A stretch of DNA of 61,645 nucleotides. It comes from Candidatus Velthaea sp. Its GTDB lineage: Bacteria > Vulcanimicrobiota > Vulcanimicrobiia > Vulcanimicrobiales > Vulcanimicrobiaceae. The position numbers were made by a program, and so were the translations under genes. Below, piece after piece: positions 55,570 through 61,645 of this stretch; within the stretch, counting starts at the first letter, position 1; the number at the start of each line of letters is the position of its first letter. The stretch is taken from contig JBEKHC010000018.1 in assembly GCA_050012475.1 (NCBI GenBank), forward strand, positions 1-61,645, written 5' to 3'. Under the pieces are notes generated by a model. That model ran no database searches and was not told where the DNA came from. It saw only the letters and a program-made list of their open reading frames with translations.

Positions 55570-56721
55570 TCAGGCCCGAACCGCGGCTTCCCCCAGAGCG
55601 AGCTCGACCATCAGGTCGTGGCCGACGACGAGCGCGTGCTCGTCGATCTCGAAGCGCGGGCTGTGATTGGGAAAGGCGGTCGCATCGCTGCTGCGCGTTC
55701 CGACCAGAGCGTACCCGCCGGGGCGCTGTTCGTGCATGAACGCCATGTCTTCGGCCATCATGATCACTTCGTGCTCGAGGACGTTTTTCGCGCCGATCGC
55801 GCGTGTCCCGGCGGCGCGAACGAGGTCGGCCATCGCGGGATCGTTCACGGTCATCGGATAGCTGTACGCGTACGTGAAGCGATGCTCGACGCGCAGCGCA
55901 TCGCAGATGCCGTCGACGATCCGTTCGATCCGTTCGGGCATCGTCCGCCGCACCTCGCTCGCGAAGCAGCGGACGGTTCCGCGCAGCGTCGCGGTATCGG
56001 GGATGACGTTGAAGGTCGTGCCCGCGTGTACGGCGCCGATGCTGACGACGACAGGAGCTTCGGGCGCGATTTCGCGGCTCACGATCGTCTGCAGCACCGT
56101 AATGACGTGACCGGCGGCAACGATCGGATCCCGCGCCGTGTGCGGCATCGCGCCGTGGCCGCCGCTGCCGAGGATCTCGATCGTGAAGCGATCGGACGAC
56201 GGCAGAAACGGACCGTCGCGGATGCCGATCTTGCCGGCAGCCAGGCCGCTATAGAGGTGCAGCGCAAAGACCCGGTCGACGTGCGGGTCCTCGAGCGCAC
56301 CCGCTTCGATCATCAGCCGGTTGCCGGCGCTGCCTTCCTCGCCGGGCTGGAAGCAGAACACGATCGTCCCATGAACTTCGTCGCGCCTGCCGCAGAGCGT
56401 TTGAGCGGCGCCGAGCAGGATGCTGACGTGCCCGTCGTGGCCGCAGGCGTGCATCACGCCGGGAGTCGTCGAACGGTACGGCGCCGCTCCCAACTCTTCG
56501 ATCGGCAACGCGTCCATATCGGCGCGCAGCAGCGTGACCGGACCGGGGTGCGCGCCGCGCAGGGTTGCCAGCACGCCGGTTTCCGCCACGCCCGTGCGAA
56601 TCTCGTCGAATGGCAGCGCACGCAGCTTTTCGAGGACGTAGGCCGACGTCTCGAACTCGCGCATCGAGAGTTCGGGGTGCGCGTGCAAGTGGCGGCGCAT
56701 CGCGACGAGCGCTTCTTTCAC
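55570..56721 (-). CDS. M20D amidohydrolase
   Basis: HPELS, RADMDALP, MHACGHDGH, FQPGEE, GGHGA. Confidence 0.93.
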   Translation of the reverse strand: MKEALVAMRRHLHAHPELSMREFETSAYVLEKLRALPFDEIRTGVAETGVLATLRGAHPGPVTLLRADMDALPIEELGAAPYRSTTPGVMHACGHDGHVSILLGAAQTLCGRRDEVHGTIVFCFQPGEEGSAGNRLMIEAGALEDPHVDRVFALHLYSGLAAGKIGIRDGPFLPSSDRFTIEILGSGGHGAMPHTARDPIVAAGHVITVLQTIVSREIAPEAPVVVSIGAVHAGTTFNVIPDTATLRGTVRCFASEVRRTMPERIERIVDGICDALRVEHRFTYAYSYPMTVNDPAMADLVRAAGTRAIGAKNVLEHEVIMMAEDMAFMHEQRPGGYALVGTRSSDATAFPNHSPRFEIDEHALVVGHDLMVELALGEAAVRA

Positions 56722-56877
56722 GGCCCTGGGCTTACGCCGGCGCGCCCGCCTCCCCCGCCCGAACGCGCGTCCGGTCCGCAACGCGCGTCGCTTGCCTGGC
56801 AGAAAAGCTCGCTCCCTCCTCGGCGGCCGGGCCGCCTGCGGAAGCCAGGGCCATAGGAAGCCGGCCTCCTCCCGCCG

Positions 56878-56901
56878 GATATGCTACTTTTGTCGCATAT
56901 C
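56878..56901. promoter_or_regulatory. 24-bp near-palindrome, candidate operator upstream of the monooxygenase
   Basis: GATATGCtAC-tttt-GTcGCATATC. Confidence 0.5.
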
Positions 56902-56960
56902 GCAATGGGCGCCGGCGCGATGAGCGCCGGGCCAGGTGCCGCGCGAACGGGGGGTCGACG

Positions 56961-58604
56961 ATGTCGGATGCTGCAACATCGGGTGCCGATACCGGAGCGG
57001 ATTCGGCCAGCGAATTCGACGCGATCGTAATCGGTGCGGGTTTCGCCGGGATGTACGCGCTCTACCGTTTGCGCGACAAACTCGGACTGAGCGTGCGCGT
57101 ATACGAGGCGGGCGACGGCGTGGGCGGGACGTGGTATTGGAACCGCTACCCCGGCGCGCGCTGCGATTCGGACAGTTATATTTATTGTTACACCTTCGAC
57201 GACGAGCTGCTGCAAGAGTGGGAGTGGTCCGAGCGCTATCCCGAGCAGCCGGAGATTCTGCGTTACCTCAATCACGTCGCCGACCGCTTCGACTTGCGCA
57301 AGAGTATCCGCTTCGCAACGCGCGTTACCGCTGCGACGTACGATGACGTGGTGAAGCGCTGGAGCGTGCGCACGGACACCGGCGACATCGTTACGGCGAA
57401 GTACGTGATCGGCGCCGTCGGCTGTCTGTCGGCGTCGAACGTGCCGAACATCCCGGGCAGCGAAACCTTTGGCGGCAAGAGTTATCACACCGGCAGCTGG
57501 CCGCACGCGGGCGTCGACTTCACCGCCAAACGCGTTGCCGTGATCGGCACGGGCGCGTCGGCGGTGCAAGCCATCCCGGTCATCGCGCAGCAGGCGAAGC
57601 AGCTGACGGTCTTTCAGCGCACGCCCAACTATTGCGTGCCGGCGCGCAACGGCAAAGTCGATCCGGACGTCGTAAAAGCGCGCAAGGCCGATTACGGCCG
57701 GATCAAAGCGAACATCCGCGCGTCATACTTCGGCTTCGAGTTCAATTTCATCGCGCAATCGGCCCTCGAGGCCGCGCCCGACGAACGCGAACGCGTCTTC
57801 AACCAGATGTGGGATCAGGGCGGCTTTCTGTTTTGGCTCGCCAACTATCAGGACATGTTTTTCAGCCCCGAGGCCAACGACGTCTGCGCCGAGTTCCTGC
57901 GCAAAAAGATTCGCGAAGCCGTCAAGGATCCGGCGGTTGCCGAAAAACTCATCCCCCGGTCGTATCCGTACGGCACCAAGCGTCAGCCGCTCGATACCAA
58001 TTATTTCGAGACGTTCAACAAGCCCAATGTGCTGCTCGTCGACGTCAACGAGACGCCGATCGAAGCGATCACGCCGGCCGGTTTGCGCACCAGCGACAAA
58101 ACGTACGAGTTCGATATCATCGTGTTCGGAACGGGCTTCGATGCGATGACCGGACCGTTGAAAAAGATCGACATCCGCGGTCGCGACGGCCGCTCGCTGG
58201 CCGCATGCTGGGCCGACGGCCCGCAAAGTTATCTGGGCCTGATGATCGCAGGGTTTCCCAACCTGTTCACGATCACCGGACCCGGCAGTCCGTCGGTGCT
58301 CAGCAACATGCCCGTCTCGATCGAGCAGCACGTCGAGTGGATCGCGGATTGCATCGCGTACCTGCAGCGCAGCGGCGTCGCCGCGATCGAGGCGACGTCC
58401 GCTGCGCAAGTCGCCTGGACCGCGCACGTCGCTGAAGTAGCAAACGCGTCGCTCATGCCGGCGGCGAACTCGTGGTACATGGGCCGCAACGTCCCGGGCA
58501 AACCGCAGGTCTTCATGCCGTACCTAGGCGGCGTGGGCCCGTACCGCAAAAAGTGCGACGAGATCGCCGCCAAGGGCTACGAAGGGTTCGCCCTCGTAAC
58601 CTAA
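56961..58604 (+). CDS. Type I Baeyer-Villiger monooxygenase
   Basis: GAGFAG, GGTWYWNRYPGARCD, FGGKSYHTGSWP fingerprint, GTGAS. Confidence 0.94.
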   Translation: MSDAATSGADTGADSASEFDAIVIGAGFAGMYALYRLRDKLGLSVRVYEAGDGVGGTWYWNRYPGARCDSDSYIYCYTFDDELLQEWEWSERYPEQPEILRYLNHVADRFDLRKSIRFATRVTAATYDDVVKRWSVRTDTGDIVTAKYVIGAVGCLSASNVPNIPGSETFGGKSYHTGSWPHAGVDFTAKRVAVIGTGASAVQAIPVIAQQAKQLTVFQRTPNYCVPARNGKVDPDVVKARKADYGRIKANIRASYFGFEFNFIAQSALEAAPDERERVFNQMWDQGGFLFWLANYQDMFFSPEANDVCAEFLRKKIREAVKDPAVAEKLIPRSYPYGTKRQPLDTNYFETFNKPNVLLVDVNETPIEAITPAGLRTSDKTYEFDIIVFGTGFDAMTGPLKKIDIRGRDGRSLAACWADGPQSYLGLMIAGFPNLFTITGPGSPSVLSNMPVSIEQHVEWIADCIAYLQRSGVAAIEATSAAQVAWTAHVAEVANASLMPAANSWYMGRNVPGKPQVFMPYLGGVGPYRKKCDEIAAKGYEGFALVT

Positions 58605-58627
58605 AGCGGCGACCGGCGGGCGGAACG

Positions 58628-59719
58628 TCAGGCGCGGGCGGTTGCGCGTTTTGCCGTCGGTTTCGTGCCGACGGGACTCGCCAACAACTCGCCGAGGATG
58701 CGGTCGATCTGCGCCGTGAATTCCGCGTCGATGCCGAAGAGCGCGAGGTGTCCGCCCAAGCTTCGCAGGACGCGCAACTCGCTTCCCGGGATGAGCTTTT
58801 GTTCCGCTTCGCAATCGCGCGGCGGGAAGAACATGTCCTCATCGATCGGCATCACGAAGGTCTTGGCTTTGATGCGCCCGAGAGCCGCGCGCAGATCGCC
58901 GCCGGTGTTGCGGCTCACGTCGCCGCGTTGCCACTTCCAGCCCATGCAGAGCAGATCGTTCGGATCCATCGCGGTAAAGTACGGTTCCATGAATCCGGTG
59001 ACGAAGGCATCCGCGGTCCCGAAACCCAGCGGCTTGTACTGCTGCCGCCGGAAAAACTCGGTGCTCCAGCCCATGACCGTCCAGAGATGCGCCTGACGGC
59101 GCAGACCATCGGCGACCTCGGCGTTCGAGCGATACTCGCCGCCGTTCCAACCCGGATCCGATTGGATTGCTTCGTTCAAGGTTTGCGTAAAGATGAAATC
59201 GTGCTCGGTGTTGCGTGCCGTGCCCGCGATCGGAGCCGCGCGCTTGACCATGTCGGGATAGCGCACCGCCCATTCGTAGGTCTGTTGCGCACCCATCGAG
59301 CCGCCGGTCACGAGCGCAAGCTGCGTGATTCCCAGCATTTCGGTGAGCAGCTTGTGCTGCGCGCACACGTCGTCGCCGATGCGAACGTGGGGAAATTGGG
59401 ACATGCCGTGCGGAGCGGGCGTGTTGTGCGGCGAGGACGACAGTCCGTCGCCGATCTGGTTGACGACGACGATGAAGTACTTGTCGGGATCGAGCGCGCG
59501 GCCTTTACCGATATAGACCTGCTCCATGATCTTACTCGTGCCCGAGTACCAGGTCGGCACCAGAATCGCATTGTCTTTCGCCGCGTTGAGCTTGCCGAAG
59601 GTAACGTACGCGAGCTTGCAGTCGGGGATGGTACCGCCGTCTTCCAACGCCAAATCACCGATATTTGCGATCTCGAACGGTCCGTGATTCTCCTGAGAAT
59701 AGAACGGATTGTCGACCAC
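58628..59719 (-). CDS. Homoserine-acetyltransferase-like alpha/beta hydrolase (MekB/AcmB-type acetyl esterase)
   Basis: ENHGPFE, PTWYSGTS, GGSMGA nucleophile, DMFF, GGHLA; GAGGAG SD. Confidence 0.85.
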   Translation of the reverse strand: MVDNPFYSQENHGPFEIANIGDLALEDGGTIPDCKLAYVTFGKLNAAKDNAILVPTWYSGTSKIMEQVYIGKGRALDPDKYFIVVVNQIGDGLSSSPHNTPAPHGMSQFPHVRIGDDVCAQHKLLTEMLGITQLALVTGGSMGAQQTYEWAVRYPDMVKRAAPIAGTARNTEHDFIFTQTLNEAIQSDPGWNGGEYRSNAEVADGLRRQAHLWTVMGWSTEFFRRQQYKPLGFGTADAFVTGFMEPYFTAMDPNDLLCMGWKWQRGDVSRNTGGDLRAALGRIKAKTFVMPIDEDMFFPPRDCEAEQKLIPGSELRVLRSLGGHLALFGIDAEFTAQIDRILGELLASPVGTKPTAKRATARA

Positions 59720-59845
59720 TGGCCTCTCCTCGTGCTGCAGAAGGGTGCGTTGCCCGTACGGTATCGCCGATTCTAACACGGTTCGCGCCGGACCGCTCGT
59801 TTGGACTGCATCTCTTCGCCGGCTGCAAGCCTCATGAGAAGCGCC

Positions 59846-60847
59846 ATGTCCTTGCCGCTTAGCATTTTGGATCAATCGCCGATCGTCGCGGACGCCTCGC
59901 CAGGCGATGCGATTGCGGCGACGATCGCGCTCGCTCGCCGGGCAGAGCAACTCGGTTACCGCCGCTATTGGCTCGCCGAGCATCACGCCATGCGCGGGCT
60001 TGCCGACGCCTCGCCGGAACTGCTGTTGGCTCGCCTGACCGCGGAAACGTCGCAACTGCGCTTGGGGACGGGCGGCATCATGCTGCCGCACTACAGCGCG
60101 CTCAAAGTCGCCGAATCGTTTCGCATGCTCGAAGCGCTGGCACCCGGGCGCATCGATTTGGGCGTGGGTCGCGCGCCGGGCGGTTCGGGCCTCGTATCGG
60201 CCGCGCTTCAAAGCCGCGACGTGGCGGACTTTCCGCAACAAATCATCGACGTCATCGACTATCTCAACGCGACGACGCCTGCCCGCAGCCCGTTCGCGAC
60301 GCTGACCGCCATGCCGAGCGGCCGCAGCTCTCCCGATGTGTGGCTGCTCGGCTCGTCCGATTACGGCGCGCTGCTGGCTGCGGAACTCGGTTTGCCGTAT
60401 ACGTTCGCGCATTTCATCGCCGGGGACGGCGGCGCGGTGACGCGCACGTATCGCGAGCGTTTCAAACCGTCGGCGCAGTGTGCTGCGCCGCGCGTCATGC
60501 TTGCGCTCGGCGCGATCGTCGCGCCGACCGATGCTGAAGCCGAAGCGCTGACGTGGCCGGTTGCGCTGTGGCGAATGCGCCTGTTCCGGGGCCGCGCAAC
60601 GACCGTTCCGTCTCTCGCCGAAACCGAACGCTATCCGTGGACGCCGCGCGAGCGCGACGAGGTCGAGACAACGCGGCGGGTGGTTTTCGGCTCGCCGTCG
60701 ACGGTGCGGGCGAAGATCGAAGCGCTCGTCGCCGCGCATGCCGCCGATGAAGCGATGATCGTCACGATCGCGCCCGACTATGCGTCGCGCCTGCGCTCGT
60801 ACGAACTACTCGCGCAAGCGTTCGCCGTTCGAGAACGCGCGGCATGA
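59846..60847 (+). CDS. Luciferase-like (LLM class) flavin-dependent oxidoreductase
   Basis: LSILDQ, YWLAEHH, PGRIDLGVGRAPG, WLLGSS. Confidence 0.92.
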   Translation: MSLPLSILDQSPIVADASPGDAIAATIALARRAEQLGYRRYWLAEHHAMRGLADASPELLLARLTAETSQLRLGTGGIMLPHYSALKVAESFRMLEALAPGRIDLGVGRAPGGSGLVSAALQSRDVADFPQQIIDVIDYLNATTPARSPFATLTAMPSGRSSPDVWLLGSSDYGALLAAELGLPYTFAHFIAGDGGAVTRTYRERFKPSAQCAAPRVMLALGAIVAPTDAEAEALTWPVALWRMRLFRGRATTVPSLAETERYPWTPRERDEVETTRRVVFGSPSTVRAKIEALVAAHAADEAMIVTIAPDYASRLRSYELLAQAFAVRERAA

Positions 60848-60930
60848 TACAGCGGGCCACGGCTTACGAGCAGCCGTGGTCCGCAGCAGCGAGTGGTGAG
60901 ATCCATTTGATGCGGCTCGGCGAAGCCGAA

Positions 60931-61645
60931 CTACGTCGAGCTGACGACGACGTTCCGAACTTGATGGAAGTCGGTCGCTAAGCCGGTCGACGCCGCGAAC
61001 CCGAGGTAGACGCGCGCCGGAAATGCTGGCTGTCCGGTAACGTTGAAACTCAGCGCGGCGATATAGGTGACGCCGCCGACGGCCACGCTGACCGTGTCGC
61101 TTGCGGTGTTGATGACAACTTGGACGTGCAGCGCGGTCGGGCGCGTTTTACTGCTGGAGTCGTCGAGGCTGAACGGCAGCGTCGCCCCGATCCCGCCGAG
61201 GTAGACGTAGCCGGTCGAAGCCGCACCGCGGACGGCAATCGTATCGCCCAAGAATCCGGCTCCGCCGGTCGCGCCCGGCGGATTCGCTACGGTAAAGTTT
61301 CCAAACGAGTCGAGCCCAACGCCGAGATAGCCGTTCGCGATTCCGGGCGTCGTCCCGGCGTACCCGGCGTAGCCCAGGCTGCCCCCTGGCGAGCCGGCGG
61401 ACGTTGGAGGCGGTTGGTTTGCGTCGAGGATGAAGACGCTCAAACCGTCGGCGTGGGTGCCGGAATACGCGAAGTAATCGAAGCTGATGGTCAGGCTGGT
61501 CGCCGGAGCGATGATCGCCGTCTTGGAAATCACGAATCCGATTTGGCTCGGTCCGTTGTCGGTCAATTGCAGCGTGCCTGAGCCCGACACGTCCGTCGCA
61601 CCCGAACAGGCCGGGACGGACGACGTCGGAGTAGTCGCGGAGCCG
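60931..61645 (-). CDS. C-terminal legume (L-type) lectin-like domain of a gene that starts beyond the window
   Basis: LQLT, ADGLSVF, GVGLDSFGN, LGFAASTG; frame is open to the window edge. Confidence 0.85.
   Translation of the reverse strand, partial: GSATTPTSSVPACSGATDVSGSGTLQLTDNGPSQIGFVISKTAIIAPATSLTISFDYFAYSGTHADGLSVFILDANQPPPTSAGSPGGSLGYAGYAGTTPGIANGYLGVGLDSFGNFTVANPPGATGGAGFLGDTIAVRGAASTGYVYLGGIGATLPFSLDDSSSKTRPTALHVQVVINTASDTVSVAVGGVTYIAALSFNVTGQPAFPARVYLGFAASTGLATDFHQVRNVVVSST

Noticed and set aside
1..61645. Many long overlapping or antisense ORFs in the track (e.g. 7245-9116, 10528-12423, 21583-23655, 29730-31433)
   Set aside because: Arg/Ala/Pro-rich shadows of real genes, expected in high-GC DNA; no family motifs
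1..61645. CRISPR array, tRNA, rRNA, transposase, integrase or defence system
   Set aside because: No regularly spaced repeats, cloverleaf or rRNA signatures, or catalytic motifs recognised by eye; a covariance-model scan was not possible

Overview
GC-rich bacterial chromosomal window. The Terrabacteria-type yggS-sepF-divIVA cluster together with diderm traits (TonB-domain and beta-barrel proteins) suggests Candidatus Eremiobacterota (WPS-2) or a similar lineage; this is inference only. Core operons: aroA-aroE fusion/aroC/aroB; cysH-cysC-cysA-sbp-cysT-cysW divergent from a sulfite reductase; ccdA-lspA-rluD-tgt; lgt-yggS-sepF-divIVA; ilvC-leuA-leuC-leuD-leuB. Accessory genes include a multicopper oxidase/SCO cluster, sugar-acid enzymes, two GGDEF-EAL proteins, a Baeyer-Villiger monooxygenase with a MekB-like esterase, and large secreted carbohydrate-binding proteins. 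No rRNA, tRNA, CRISPR array or transposase was seen. Most notable: (1) four unannotated, apparently leaderless leader-peptide attenuators (Phe/Trp, two Cys, Leu), each with a promoter and terminator; (2) an RNA-recognition-motif domain fused in front of a signal peptide and a beta-barrel; (3) a secreted protein with a Cys/Gln thioester-like domain and a separate C-terminal domain, followed by a secreted partner (candidate toxin-immunity or covalent-adhesin system); (4) genes that appear to need near-cognate (ATC/ACG) start codons; (5) sigma28-like promoters in front of the c-di-GMP genes.
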